Positions 14,001 to 29,000 of a stretch of 64,000 bases of DNA are shown piece by piece. A model generated the notes under the pieces. The model was not told the DNA's origin and ran no database searches. It was given only the letters and a program-made list of their open reading frames with translations. The stretch is from Amphiscolops sp. MND2022 (lineage: Eukaryota). The stretch lies in assembly GCA_964187785.1 (NCBI GenBank), contig OZ076409.1:42718001-42782000 (forward strand), written 5' to 3'. Within the stretch, counting starts at the first letter, position 1; every line of letters starts with the position of its first letter. The position numbers were made by a program, and so were the translations under genes.

Positions 14001-17000
14001 TTCTGGAAAATCATGGCTCATATCATTTCATGATTCTCCCCTGATAAATCATCATTCATTCATTCATAATAAATCTATGAAAGTTCATCATAAAGTACAG
14101 TTTTAAAAAATTCAGCAAACAGTCGATATTGTATGTGAAATATTGAAGTGGTTGAATTAATTGAAGATTTATTTTCGAGTGCAGCCTACCTGTCATAGAT
14201 TTCTGCGGAATGTTCTCTTTTTTGTTCATCGAATAGTTTGCTCCTGCTGGCAAATGTTTCCCATGGGAATCTCTCATGCTCGCGATGAACAGATCTGTTG
14301 TTCTCTTGAAGAACTTGTTGTTGATTCGGTATCGGTCTTTACTCAATGGAGTAGATTGCGGCCAGGCTCGAAGACGCTGATTGGCTTCACAAATCGACCA
14401 ATCAAAAAGAAACATTGCTATTGTGTTGCCTGATTGGGCACTTGCCAGAACATCGTGCGTAAAAAGGTGGCCTCCTGGAAGCAAATCACTTGGAAAAAAA
14501 CACAAAACTCGACCTCTTAAAGTGGATATATATACATCGTTTTTTCTTTTCGGGACGTAAAGCTGCAAAAATTGATGCTCAATGAAGACAAAACTTTATC
14601 TTATTTTTGATAAAAATCTGGGTACAAGTATCTCTATGCTCGCGTGATGGTCAGTTTGTGTCTTACCTTGTAGCGTGTTTTTGGTGATTCCATTGTGATC
14701 CACCCTGGAGCAATTGAATGACTCTTTTGTGGCCCAGCTGAGGTCTTGAGTCAACCGGAAGGCCACTACTCTAGAAGACTCAGTAGTCAACGACACCTGT
14801 ACCCCATCACCTGTTAACAACGGGTAAATGGCATTAATAACGTCATAATCAATGATGACTGCTTCAGATAATGACAATGAAAAACAAGTTGAAACTTTCT
14901 GATACACTGAGAAACGTTCAAAAAAGTTTTTTCAAAGTTTTTGGAAACATTTTCTTCAAAATTCTTGTAGATTTTTTTGTTTAATTTTATCGATAGTCCA
15001 AATGAATATTGAACATTCGAGAGGCAAGCTAGTGAACAATGTGATCAACACTCTGGAAAAGACAGCACAAGTCGGGCGCCCCGTTTACATATGTAAGAAG
15101 GCAAAGTACCCGACAACCCTGTGGGCCTAAAAACTTTTTCTCTATTTAAAATATGTTAGCAGGCTGTTTTATGGAAACTCTAAAACACTTCACAATGCCA
15201 AGATCTCTTTAGTTTAAAACACTTTTTCTTCAAGAAACTGAAAATGAGACTTTTTGGCCTCAAAAGGGGTTTTTGCTGACTGAAAACATCCAAAAAAATG
15301 CACAAGGCCAAAATCCCACGTGTGGAATTTTAATTTGAAGAAAATTTCTCAAAAAAACACGTTGATCCTCTCAAAGACTTCGATCCTCTTTAGTTCCATG
15401 GAAAGTACACTTTTAGGCAGATTTTTTTGCTCACGATCAGATTTGAAATTCTCTGAAACGTTTGAAAAAGCCACTAGAAGTCACGTTCAATTTGATGAAG
15501 CATTGACGAGAAAAAATGAACCTGGAAAATGCCCCCTTGAAAGAATCAAATGCGTTGGCTGAAGAACCACTTTTCGGAAAGTAACACTTTCTACTCAGTT
15601 TTTTTGAAGAGCAAGATTGTCTCGAATTCAAAAGACTCTACAACAAAAGTCAAACAACTACAACTGCAGGTTCACCCTAATAAAATTATAAGTCTCAAGC
15701 TTCGATTACGTTTCATTTAAAATAACATGAATTGAAAAACCTGAGCAAACTATTGTTGATTCGATTCCAACAATACATTACAAGCTACTTTTGATCGCTT
15801 CACATGTTAAATTAATTTCAAAATCAATTGTCCCAGACTGCCTCCTGCGAAGGTTATCTGTCTTACGCATAAAGACGGAATCAACCAACAACCTCCAGGG
15901 TAGTGCGCCAATGATTTGACCTTCGATCCACCTGACGTCAACAAATTTATGTTACTTATTTCGAACTCTTATGTTGTAGACACTTCTTTTTGAATTATTA
16001 GTTTGATGTAGAACCAACAATTAACATTAGTGCGACAGCTGTCTGAAAATGGAACTGATTACACCAATACGTCGTCTTACACCAAACTCAATTTTGATTT
16101 AATCAATTTTGCCAATGATTTAACTTTATGTATTTAATGAATTTATGTATTCAATTGGGTGTATATACCCGAACGCTGAGTTCGCGTGATCATTCTAATT
16201 ACCACTTTTGTATCAATCATTCGCTATGTCTTTGTTACTGTCGTTTCATACTTGATTCGCTAATATGTTAATCTCGAAATATTTTTTGTTGAAAACTGAA
16301 ATATGCCAGTTATTATTATTCAAGACAAACTTCACTATTAAACATGCTTTCTATCTTGTAATGCTTCAATTAGAGAACAGAAAGCTTGTGGAAATTATCA
16401 CTCCAAAATGACGTTTTGTCTGGTAAAAAGTTATGAATGACTTGTTAAGAAACTACGGAATAAATAGATTTGAAAACAACTTGTTATCAAAAGATTCAGG
16501 AGCGGACCTTTTGTTCAATGGAGCACATGAAGGCAGAACTTCAAACCACGAGAAATTTAGATCGATGAAGGAATCTAATAGTGTTGAAAACAGTAAAAAG
16601 AACGTTGGAAATTTCTAGATACTCACATTGCGAGGGCACAATAGACGTCACAATTAAAGAGCAAATCATTCTGCGGATTCAAATTAGCATCAAAGGACTC
16701 AAAAAGGAATTGAAGTCAGCATGGATAGATTGGTCCCCGAAGTCCAATTAGAATGCTAACACGACGGAAACGTCTAAATTCGGCGTTATATTCAAGGCTC
16801 AGAAAGCGCAAAGTTTTTAAAATTGTAAAAGGGGAGCCTTTGCGCTTTTCCAAAATCCAGTTTGTTGAAGAATATCAAAAAAACGAAAGCGGGCCTCTTT
16901 GGAGACATTCATAAACTTTCGAAAAAAACTGAAAATTTCCGGAAAAAAATTCAAAAAATAATTTTTTTTGAAAAGTCTCAGTGCCCAAAAAATATAAACT

Positions 17001-20000
17001 GGCCCTTTGGGCTTTTTCAACATCCAACCAGTTGCAAAATATCGAAAAAAATTGATGGAGGGACCTTTTGGAGACTTCAGAAATTTTCTAAAAATGTCTC
17101 ACAAAGCCGAAAATGGGGCAAAAAGGGGGCAGGGAAAGTCTCATAGTGCCAAAACCATGGAATGAAGGCCGTTCTGGGTTTTGTATTTAATGTTAGAGGC
17201 CTTGGATGCTTTCACAATAAAGTACTAATTATTTATGGTAAAAGTACATAATGAAGAAACAGTGGTACGTACAGGGTGAGCTCTTTGGTCTGACGAAAAA
17301 AAAACAAGCCGGGAACAGCCCAAGTCGGCGCCATATCTAAGGCTCAACAAATTATGTGAATTTTTGGGGAAAAACTTGAAGAAAAAGTTTTTGGGAAAAA
17401 TTAAAACGTTATATCCGAACATTGACAACGTTATATCCGAACTTTGAAAACGTTATATCCCAACTTTGAAAACGTTATATGCGAACTTTGAAGGCGTTAT
17501 ATCCGAGTAACCTTTGGTCCTGTTGAGTTTCCTTAGATGATGTAAAATACGTGATAAGCTTGTATGCAAGATGAAATGCAAGATGAAATCTGTAGGAAAA
17601 GTGAACCACACAGTGTGAGATTGTAAGCTGAATAAAACTATCCACTGTAAAAGTCGAAGTCGGGCTTTTTTCCTTAAGGGAAAAGGCGCTGACTAAAAAA
17701 AACTATTTGCTGTAATAGTCGGGCTTTTTTCCTCAAAGGAAAAAGCGCCGACTAGCAAGAGAACAAAACTAGCCACTGTAATAGTCGGGCACTTTTCACT
17801 AGAAAAGTCTCAACTAAAAAAGGTCACTGAAAGAGTCGGGTATTTTTTGATCCACATAAAGCGTCAACCAAAAACGCTTTCTTTAAGTTTTGTTGCCTTT
17901 TTTCCGGTAAATATTGGGATATAGATTCTAGTTAATGTTGAGGTGCTTATTTATTCGCAACCAATCCTACTAATTGCTACTACTCTGATATTACGAATAT
18001 GTAAAGACCAATAGGATACAATTCGGATTTAGCGCTTTTGATTCAGTGCGATGATTGTCCGTCCACGAGCATATATAAATGACTGCTACTGTCAATCTCA
18101 AGCGGGCGCTGACTTGTGCCGTCCACGGCTTGTTCGTTTGATTGGATATCTATGAAAAGTTTTGGGTTTCATCATCACCTCGTTTTGTATACCTTATTTG
18201 GTTGAATTACACTTGGGTACCAAAGAACTACAGACACTCAAATTTGCTGGCAAACGTTTCAGAGTGTACGAAGTTTTCAATATATATTAGTTTGCCAATA
18301 AGGTATCAAAGCAAAACTCTTCCGAACTTAGATCAGAATTTCAACGATAATTTTGTTATGGAATCGATGAAAAATTACAAAAGTTATATCATCTGGCATT
18401 TTTGTCATTTTTGGCTATTTCCGAAATAAATCATGTGTTATCTCGCAAACCAGCAGTCATAACAAAAAACGTCAGCAACAAATTTTGTAGCTGTGGTCCT
18501 GTCCTTTAACATTGTTTTTAAGTTTTCTAGTTTTTAAATTTTTTGGAAAGCGCTTCTTTAAGAACTGAAACTGCAAAATGATCAGATACATAATTCCTCA
18601 AAATACAATGTCATAACTTTTCAATTTTGATTAGATTTCAAAACATGATTGTAATTTTGACCAAAATTTGAGAGCTTGATGTCAAATACATATCTAAAGA
18701 AATAATTCGCTTCGGGCTGTAATTTCAGCTGCCTCTAAGTTTTTGCACCATAATGTAACTTCTCTGGCCATCCGGCTTCTAAACATGCTAATGCAAGAAT
18801 TTCTCCTAGAGTGTCTGTCTGAAATATCAGATTTCCGCTTTCTAATGAATAACAAACTTTAATGAAACAACCTGAAATTTCATATATTTGCCACCAAAAT
18901 GTTCCAAGAAACGTGCATGTTTCCTGAGATCCAATTTATTGAGAAAACAACTTAGTTTCCTCTCAATACAAATGATTTTCCGCTTATTTTGATTTCAGTT
19001 TGGCCATCTTGCCACTCGATCATTCTGGTTACATGTCATTTCGTCCTATGCAATTTCAACCTATGCAATTTCAACCGCTGTCATTTCAACCTATTACACT
19101 TTCAACCGCTTGCAATTTCAACCGCATGCAATTTCAACCGCTTGCAATTTCAACCGCTCGCAATTTCAACCTAATTTAATTAGTTCAAGGTCGTTGCGTT
19201 CTTTGCGAACGTCCTAAAACTAATTGGACATAATCGAAGCGCGGCAAAATAAAAGCAAACAAACTGTCAAGACGCATAATATTGTACGCATTGAAAACTT
19301 TCGTTGCACTAAAATTGGCAATGTACGAAAAAGACAGAATGATGAAATCGTATGACACAATTTGAAAAAGCATTCAACAACATGCTATTCGCGATCAAAA
19401 ACTTATCATCGATGACGTCCATTTGAAAGTGTGAAAATGAAGTGACTGAACATTTGTGATAAGAAAGTTTTCGGTTAAATGCTATTAAAAGTCCTCATTT
19501 TTTAAAAACATTCAGTTACAATTAACAACTTAGACAAGTGCTACTCCTTTAAAAGGTTGGTCTGATTCCTCTGTCACGCTCTTGTGGTTTCACGGGCATG
19601 GTTCTAATGTGGCTACATCAAAGAGCAGTTACGGGGAGTAGTGCGCCAACCTTCGGTACCCGGGGGAGGACGCAACCGGGTGCCAGTTAATTGTAACTGA
19701 TAAAAAATTATTCCCATTCTAAAAATTGAAATGAGCAAAACGCGATTTTCAAATACACACTCACAAAAATGAATCACATCATAAAAAGAAGCAACAAATC
19801 AATGCAGCAGAATAGTTCATTATTTTCATCTAAAGCTGGCGACTGCTCTCAAATGAGGCAAGACGTTTTCGAAATTGTAGCCACTTTGAATGACTTGCAT
19901 CTGTTTTTTGATTTTTTCATAACGGGGGCTTCATTTTTTCATGAAATATGCTTGAAGTCCATAATGCCAGCCTTCTACGCTGTTAGTTGTTCTTGCCACT

Positions 20001-23000
20001 CCTTCGCCAGCGGCCTCGAACTGGTTCCATAATTCTATTGGGAACGGTGCCTTTTTCGTGACTGTGGGGCCCTCTATATAAGTGTTTTTAAAATAGAGTG
20101 CAAGTTCGTCCACTTTTTCGCTGATGCTGTCATCAAACGTCTCCTTATCAATGACTTCAGCAATTTCTTCTACTACCAATTCAAAAGATGCTTTTACATG
20201 ACAGGGCGGGACATGGGCAAGCGCGGGAAGCATTCTAAGTGCCAAATTGAAATCCGGGCAGTTTTCGTAAAAAACTTTCAGACCAATTTCGTTTATTTTA
20301 CGGTTAAACGATTGTGTCAAGTGAAAGTAGCAACATGAAATGTTCGCATCGGGAAATTTTTTGCTGAATGCGTTCAATGCTGCTTTTTCAAAATCCGCAA
20401 GGATGCGATCTGGTTTGGCGTTCGTTTCTTCGCAGAGCAATTCAAGCATTCGGGAATATGTTTTTTCTGTTTTGTTTGGTAGTAGCAAACAGACACAAGG
20501 TGGTGCAAAACCTTTTAACTCAATGTGGATTGTGTATATTTGGTAAAAATTGTCCGGGGATAATTTGAAAGTTCCATCAATCAGCCATGTTTTCGAAAAA
20601 TTAAGCAAATTTTTCATTGTTGTATCGCCAAACATTAAAATTCGTTCACTGTCGTCTTTTCCGCTGTCTTTCAGAAGAAAGGTTTTGAATTCTCCAGGAA
20701 TGCCAAAATGGCGATCAATCGGGGTTGGGGCGTCAATTCTATTTTCTCTTTGTCGCTTGCGGCAAGCTGTTCTGATTAAATTTTCTTTTTTCGGCAAGGA
20801 AAGCTGGACTGCATAATCGTCGGAGATAACCGATATTTCACTTGCGATGGCCACCGTTGGTGTCAATGACTCGGACTTCTGTTTAATTTGGTTAACAACT
20901 TCTTTCGCTTTACACTCGGAAGGGTCACTTTCATGAGTGTGACTGTCTTTCAAACTAATGACCACGTTCTGGTTTGTCTTCAAAACGGCAGGGCATTTAA
21001 TTGAATAGTATTTCGTGCATCTCCAATGAATGCAACTTGAAGTGACTTGTTTTGATTGTAACAGTAACCGTTGTGTACTGCAATATTGCCCCCTCTATTT
21101 GATTTTATGATTTGAATTAACATTTTGAGTTTTAAGATTCCAAATTATTGAGCTTGTTGTGTGGACTGGCTACAATACAGCTGACTTCGCTATTTATACT
21201 ACTAAAACGTTGCAAGTAATTATCACATTTCATAGTGTGAAAGATTATTGTTAGTTGCTGGACTCTTATAATAGCTTTACTAATTACCATATAAGCTTTC
21301 ATAATTAGCACGGCTTGAGAGCAATTAGGCGGAAATGTGATAGGTTGAAATTGCCGTAGGTTGAAATTGCAAAAGGTTGAAAGTGTGAACGGTTGAAATT
21401 GCAAGCGGTTGAAATTGTGAACGGTTGAATTGGCAGCGGTTGAAATTGCATAGGTTGAAATTGCATAGGACGAAATGTCCTGACACCATCATTCTAATTC
21501 AAAAATAGAAACTGTTTTGGTTTCAAATGCTTGCCTGAGTGAGACATGACCCAATGCGTGTAGTTTTCGATCATGGCCAGAACAGATATCATGGCACTCT
21601 CGTTCTTCACCAGGGCGGGACTGTTGGCTGTCACCCCCTCCAAGAACTTGATACCCTTGTCCACAATTCGGTTGGCCATTTCAGAGAGTTGATCGAGGGT
21701 GGGATTTGTTAAATTAGTGGTCAAACTGTAACGGTGAAACAATTAAGGTACATGGTTGTGTTCAATGTTCAGAAAGAAAACAAAATTCACAAAAATCGTT
21801 GTTACAGAACGAATTCAACGAAGAATTCAGGCTCTTAGATTTCCTGTTTGAAATATCAAGATTCAAATTCAAGTTGCAGTGGGATTTCTTTTCTAAAGGA
21901 ATGATAGTACCAGTTTGATGCACTGTTTGCTGTAAGATGCACTATTAGATCTTTTGAATAATAGCCACCCTCCCGAGGCATCCCTACGGAAAAAAGCCCC
22001 TCCTTCATATAACCGTTTGAAAATCAGCCCCCCTACCGGACTTGAAGGTGGGTTGGCCGTTGTTGATATAATCTAATTGTATTCGGAAAATTTCTACCAA
22101 AAAACTTTCCAATATTCGTTAATGGTAAGAATGATGCTAACGTTATCGTTTGTAGCATGCCTAAAATAGACAAATATTGCTGTGCCTTGATTCTTTCAAT
22201 ATTAGGCTCCAGTAGGTTGACCATTCTGTCGATGGAGTTGGAAAGAACTTTGAAGTGAATTTGTGACTTGAACAACACTATTTCTTCCAGGGCAGCCAAT
22301 TCACGAAGCAGCTCCAATTCGTTCCTCGTCATCTTCACTGTTACTTCATTGACAGCCAAGGTCGAAGTTGTTGGTGTTTCGGTTGTGGTCTCTTTTTTCT
22401 CATTTGGGTTGCTCGTAGTGTCATTTACTAGTTCGGGTTGACCTTCCACTTGAATAGAGGAGGCTGTTGCGAAAGTACTGCGAGTCGTTCCGTCTCTATA
22501 GAAAGTCGTGGTGGCGACATTTTCTCGGAAAAGTGCACACGTGCAAACAAACATGCCAATCGGTAGTTTCACTGTGGCACATCGTTCAGCAATGTACGTT
22601 TCAGTGTCGTATTTAAGCTCTGTGTCTCTGAAACCCACGACAACTGAGTTATCTTGTGATAACATACAAAGAAATCTCAAGTGATTGCTCCCGATGTTGA
22701 CACCGCAACTCCTACAGCAGAACGAGACTTGGCTGTCTGAGCGAGAAGTTTCTTCGATGTAGACTGACTCCCATATTTTGTTGTTATCCAATCGGTCGCT
22801 GATAAGCAATGACGTCAAATCGGTGACGTCATTGTACGCATCCACTTGACATTCGGTAGTCGTTTCGGGCCAAGGTATTATGAAGTTTATGACAAAAGTA
22901 CCAGCACTGTGTTCAGTTACTATGGCATCTATATCACCATTTCGGGACCCTGAGCACGTGACTTTGACATTTACTTCCTGTCCGTATATGACAACTTGAC

Positions 23001-26000
23001 CTTCCAGCTTTCCAGGAGAACAAGTAACGTTATACGTGAAGGGGTTGTCACCTATGGGTGCAGAAGGATGAGCCTCTAAATCAAAGTAGCGGGTATGCGT
23101 CCGTAATTGGGTTTCAGCATGTGACCCTTCAATGCCGCTGTAACATTTGAGGAAGTAAAGTCCGGAATGAAGAAATGGATTCAAGTTTTGGAATCTAAGG
23201 TAATAACATCTTCGAGTTGAATTACATTGCGGGTACTCGTCAGGGATCACTTCCCAAGTCACTCCCCGTTCGCCATTCACGAGTGGTGTCTCATCAGCAG
23301 GGTATAACCTGCCCCAGGTGCAGTTTTTGAAAGGGTTGCCGACCACACAAGATTTGAGCGAAACATCTTCTCCAAAACAAGGTTGGGTCAAGGAGCTATC
23401 TGTAGGCCGGCACCAATAGTCCAGAGGTTCAATGAAGTCATCAACCTTCATGTCTAGGAAAGTGGATTCAAATCCAAGTTGAAACCAATTAGATTCTGTA
23501 GTTATACTCTCATTCGCAATTTGCCTGCATCGGAATTGTTTAACGTCACTTTCTTCCGGAAACGGAACTTCGTATGTCACCCGTTCAGAACCTGTCAGAG
23601 ATTCGAATGTCTTGTTCTCATAAGAGCCTCGGGGAAGAGCTTCGCATTGTAGCGTAAAGAGGGGTGACCCATGAATGAGAGCACCTACAGTCTGTTTCAA
23701 CCCAATATTTACATCTAAAGGTTTGTATAAACATTTCCCGGGGTCCGCAAAAATGTCCCATACTTTTCCTCGTTGGTATCTGCAGAGTCTCGCTATCTCA
23801 ACATCTGCATTTTCAACCTGGGAAAAACCAACCTCTTGATCGAATTTCGCGAGCGTTAGAAGTCTGCGGTCCGAAGCCCTCTCCATGGAGAAGAATACTT
23901 CTGATGGATCAGCTTCTATGTCAGGCGAGTTTGGATTCATGCCAAAGTTACAGGTAAGAGCAGTCCAGAATTTGATCAAATTTATGTTGCCAAGCTCAAC
24001 TCTTTCGCTTTCAAGGTTCCTCAGAATTCGAGAAGTGATAGCATCTTCGGTATCTCGTACAAAAGTTCCGCCATCTCTGGCGCAGACATCCCTCGGCTCT
24101 TTATTGCCAAATGGGGGAAGCAAGCGGTAAAAGTAAAGAAAGCCATTGTCCATAAAAGCATCGTAAGCTAAGTATAAACCTCTTGGGTTTATGTCTTTCT
24201 GTGGTCTTGGCGTTACAATGCCAACATCGAAGACATTGTTGACATAAAACATTAGATATTGCTGTGTAGTCGTTTCTTTATCAAAGGACTCACAGGTAGC
24301 GGGTACAATCGGATTGTTAATTACATCGATGTCACAGTTTCCATCAAACGATCTTCCGAAATAGTAACAATGATCCACCGAAATGGGTGTCACCGCGAGA
24401 TAGTACCATCCTATATTCCATGGCTGGGTGCTGAGAATCCCAAAAGTCACTGTCGCTTTTCTGTTTTGCTCATCGAAGCTTAGACTTCTCAGTGCTCTTT
24501 TATCATACAGCAAAGATCGCTCTACTGTGTTTGTGTATTCGCAAGGATTAAGTTTATTGTACCCTGGTATGTCCATGAAATATTCAGCTTTCCAGAACTT
24601 CAGGGAGATGTTCAAAACGGACTCAGATGCAAACAAAGCTGAGTCTGTAAACAGGTGGTGATTGATATCACATGTTACTTCGACATCTTTTCCGTGCAGT
24701 ATGTCAGTGTTGCACCGTTCGGTGCATTCTATCTTGAAAGGATGAATGAACTCTGATTCCACTTGTTTCAGCTCTCCTCCCGCCTCCATGGAAAATCTGT
24801 AAAGCCCGGCTGACTTTGGGGACAAACCGAGAAACTCTAAAGTTCCAGTTGCCCTGACTTTGAGGTGATTGCCTGTACAGGTGTAAAAGTACTCAGTGCT
24901 CACTGCGGTTGACTCCGCTGTCCAGCCCCCATTGGGAGGTTGAAACGCATAGGTGAAGAAGTCCATCAAGTAACCAACAGATTGGACTTTAATTTTGTAA
25001 AGGGTGTCGTAATCCGTTGGTTCTAAGTAAACCGGTGTTTGGTCAGCACTGATGAACTTCAGCTCGTCGTGCGACCTTTGAAGCTCGAAAGTTCCTTTTA
25101 TGGCAACAAAAACTGTGTCGTTCTTCCTACGGCCAGCGACACATTCGATCTTAGCCAACACATCATTCGTGTCGACTTCGACCTCGTAAATAGCGACTTC
25201 GTCTTTTTTCATTTCGAACGTCCGGTCTTTATTTCTTATGACCAAGTCTCTGTTATCCCAAGCTTGACACACGACTTCGCGACTCTCGCGGGCACCTATG
25301 ATGACTGGTTGTACCCTGTACTTAACAATCGCCACTTTGTCACCCGATGCGTCCTTCACAGCACAACTCTCCGGCTCAACGGTGATTTTATTGATCTCCG
25401 CGTCATAAAAATAGCAAAATATGCCAGCAATGTTGTCATTATAGTCTCTACACTCTAGTACATCCATGAGACCAGTTTCCTTGTCTATATAAGTACACAT
25501 CTCTTTAACTGAATCTCGGAGATAGACGTACACTTTATCCGACACGTCATCGCCAATTTTTTTGCCCCACTTGCCGTAGATCATAGACTGGAGAAAAAAG
25601 TTGGTGTCAACTGCCTGAAATTGGGTGGCAAAGTATTCGCTGAGGACGTCGGCTCCTCCCTTTTGACTAGAGCAGGCGTCTTTGACCTTCAGAAGACGTT
25701 CTGGGTCTTCTTGGTCTAAGCCGTGGGGAAAATCGACCATCGTTACAAAGAAGTGACCCTCAAAAATGTTCACGTGGAAGTAGGATTCTCTTGGGTCAAA
25801 AGGCAGCTGTAAACATTTAAAACAATTTTTTAAATTCAAAATCAAATTCAATACCAAAGTTTATCTTTTCAAATAACCGATGTTACAGTACCATTTTTGA
25901 GAAAAACTATAATCATTCGATGATCATATTATGAACCATTATTTTCCGCCCATATTTTATATGGGAAAGGAAAATGTTTAATTCAAACGGGTTTTTTACA

Positions 26001-29000
26001 AAATTTGCCAAGAATTATTGTTTACGTAATATGAAGAAGTACATTCACAGAATTCAACTGACATAAATTTAGTTCCATGCGATATGTATTTGTAAAGATT
26101 TTTGGACTTAAAACGATTTTGTTGCTCAAATAATTTGGGGCGGAAAATATCCCGCTGGTCCGCGGGCGTCTTAATTAATATTCAATTATTTTTGTTGCAA
26201 ATTTGCTCAAACCTTCTGTTATCAACGCTCAAGTTTTTTTACAAAATCATTGAAAGTCTTCCCGAAATACTTTGAAACTTCTGACGTTTCACGTAGATTG
26301 GTTTTGTTGTCTTGATTTTGATTATTTTAACACACAAAGTAAAAAATTTTCGGAATTTGAGAGGTTGCGGACCTTCATTTCCTGAGAAATGCTATAACTG
26401 GGAATCTGGAGATTGTAGGTGTCTTTCTGAATAAACTGGAAAGCTTCGATCATGAAGAGCACCAAGCATCTCTTGTATTCGTCAAGGTACTCCACTCGAT
26501 AGTGAATGACCCCTTCCATCTTTTTGGGTACCCCGTTCTCCATAATTACGTCAGAACCTTGAAAAAACAACCATTGTTCAAAGAAACATAAACTATTGAC
26601 ATCAAATTGAAACAAGAAGCCCGCTGAGCAGCGAGATATTTTTCCGCCCCCAATCTGTTCTACAACTATATAAATTTGAGGCTCAAGAATAGCCAATGCA
26701 CTATAAAACCCAAAAAAGGTCGAACAAAAGAAAGCTTTGATTCCTCGTAACCCAATTTTAAGGAACCCCCTAATTTATTATTTCTGCAATAGCTGGCCAC
26801 TTTTCAATTTTTCGGCACTATGCGACTCACCGAGAGAAGAAAAAAATTTTAATATATTTCTGAAAACAGTTTTCGAAAAACATTTTCGCAATTTTTAGTT
26901 TATGAGGTTTTCGGTAAAGAAAATAACTTTCCCGAGTCTTGAGGGTGACTTCTTTGCTACTTTTGATCATACTTTGGAACTGACAAGGATTCTTATTGAT
27001 TGTAGAACTTACCTCCTTTCAGTTTTTACGACTCTGTGCGTCTTTCCGAAACTTTCATTTGGTCAAAGAGAAACCCATGCTTTCATAGCAGATTTAGGCT
27101 TGAGAAAAGTGGTTTTGCGAGCTGAGACTCGTTTCGCCATCATAAATTAAAAAAATGGATATTTTCATGATTCCTGTGGGGCAAAAAGTGGTTTCCTCAG
27201 GCGTACTTCTTGAGGTAATTTTTGGCACTGAGAAAATGGTAAAACCTTTTGCAAGTTTAGGAAAGTTGAGCGATCCTAGTTTGTTATATTATTGCACATA
27301 GTTTCACCAGAAACGTCAAAAATTGGAAATCGTTTTGACAACTTTGTGGTCAATTTGAGGAATTTTTCTAAAACGAGTCTACAGATGTCTCTTCAAAATT
27401 AAGCACAAAAGTTTTTCGACACCTTTGGAGTCATTCTGAAGTGCTTTTGAAGCAATACGCTGCAACGTTTCTTCAAAAAAAGTATGCATGGCTCGTCTTT
27501 TTGTTGTTGAGTTGATTGTTGGGACTTGGAACGAAAACTTTCGGAAATTGTACAGTAAATGCATCGAAAACGAAAAATTTCCCGACATTTCAGGGTCAAT
27601 TTGAGGCATTTTTCTTTTACGAATTGAACTTATCTCGTAACGAAAGCTCACCGAAACAACAAATTTGCCCATGCCTTAAACGTTTCATTACTCTAGTCCA
27701 CGAAGTCTATCGATAATTTGACAAATTGAACGAAAACAGTTAGAATCGGAAAAATTTTGAAATTTTGTTTTTTGGTGTCGATTCCGGACTCTTTTCGTTA
27801 AAAAAAAGTGTATACATCCCTTTTCTAAACATACACTGGACAACTTTTTCTTTCCTTGTTCACTTTTTCAACGTTCCAATTGACGAAGTCTGTCAAAAAT
27901 TTGAAAAAATGCACAAAATTTTTGGAAATTGGAAAATTTTTGGTGTTTTGTCATTTTCGGTGTCAATTTGAGACATTTTCATTCACAACATTGCGTATAT
28001 CTTTTCCTTAAAAACTACTGGGTGTGCCATTTTTTAATTATTGACCCTTTATTACATTCAAAAGCTTTAACAAAAACGCATAAAATCTCTGAAAAAAGAA
28101 AAACTTTATGTTTTTTGGTTATTTCGAGACATTTTCACTTAGAAAACTGAACTAAACTCTTCGGATAAGCCTACTGGACACCACATTCTTTCCTTTCTGA
28201 CCCTTTTCAACGTTCCAATCTACAAAGTACGTCAAAAAATGGGAAAATAATTGCATAAAATCTTTCAAATTTAAATTTTTTGTGTTTTTGTCTTTTTCGG
28301 TGTCAATTTGAGACAATTTCATTTTAAAAAATGCAAAACATTTCTCGAAAACGACTACTGGACAACCAACCGGTTCCTTGCTGAATCTTCAAAACATTCC
28401 AATATTTGATATCTGTCACAAATTTGACAAAAAATGCGTAAAAACTTTTAAAAATGAAAACTTTTGGAGTTTTTGTCTTTTTCGGAGTCAATTTGAGACA
28501 TTGTCACTTAAAAAACTGCAGTAAACTTTAAGGAAAAGCCTCCTGGACACCACATTCTTTCCTTGTTGACCCTTTTCAACGTTCTATCTACAAAGGCCGA
28601 CAAAAAATTAGAAAAAAATGCATAAAATCTTTCAAGTTGGAAATTTTCAAGATTTTTGTCAATTTCGGTGTAAATTTGAGACATTTTCGAAAATGCAACA
28701 AACTCTTCAAAAACGACTACTGGACAACCAAACTATTCCTTCTTGACCCTTGGGAGCATTCCAATCCACGAAGTCTGTCAGAAATTTGACAAAAAGGCGT
28801 AAAAACGGTAAAAATCGGGAAACTTTTGCACACTTTCTCATTTTTGGGGTAATTTTTGGGTCATCGTGGGGTCAACTAAAAATGTCCAGAAATCACCACA
28901 GAAACAAATCGCACGAAGCTAGATTCATGTGAGTTGAATTCTATAGGTAACACCCTCAAAGGTAAATTTGGTGCTGGTGAAACCCGTTTCTTCCAAATAT

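Noticed and set aside
18950-19026. Exon starting at the MULE target site (MIEWQDGQTEIKISGKSF)
   Set aside because: It requires weak donors on both sides and breaks the otherwise consistent phase chain.
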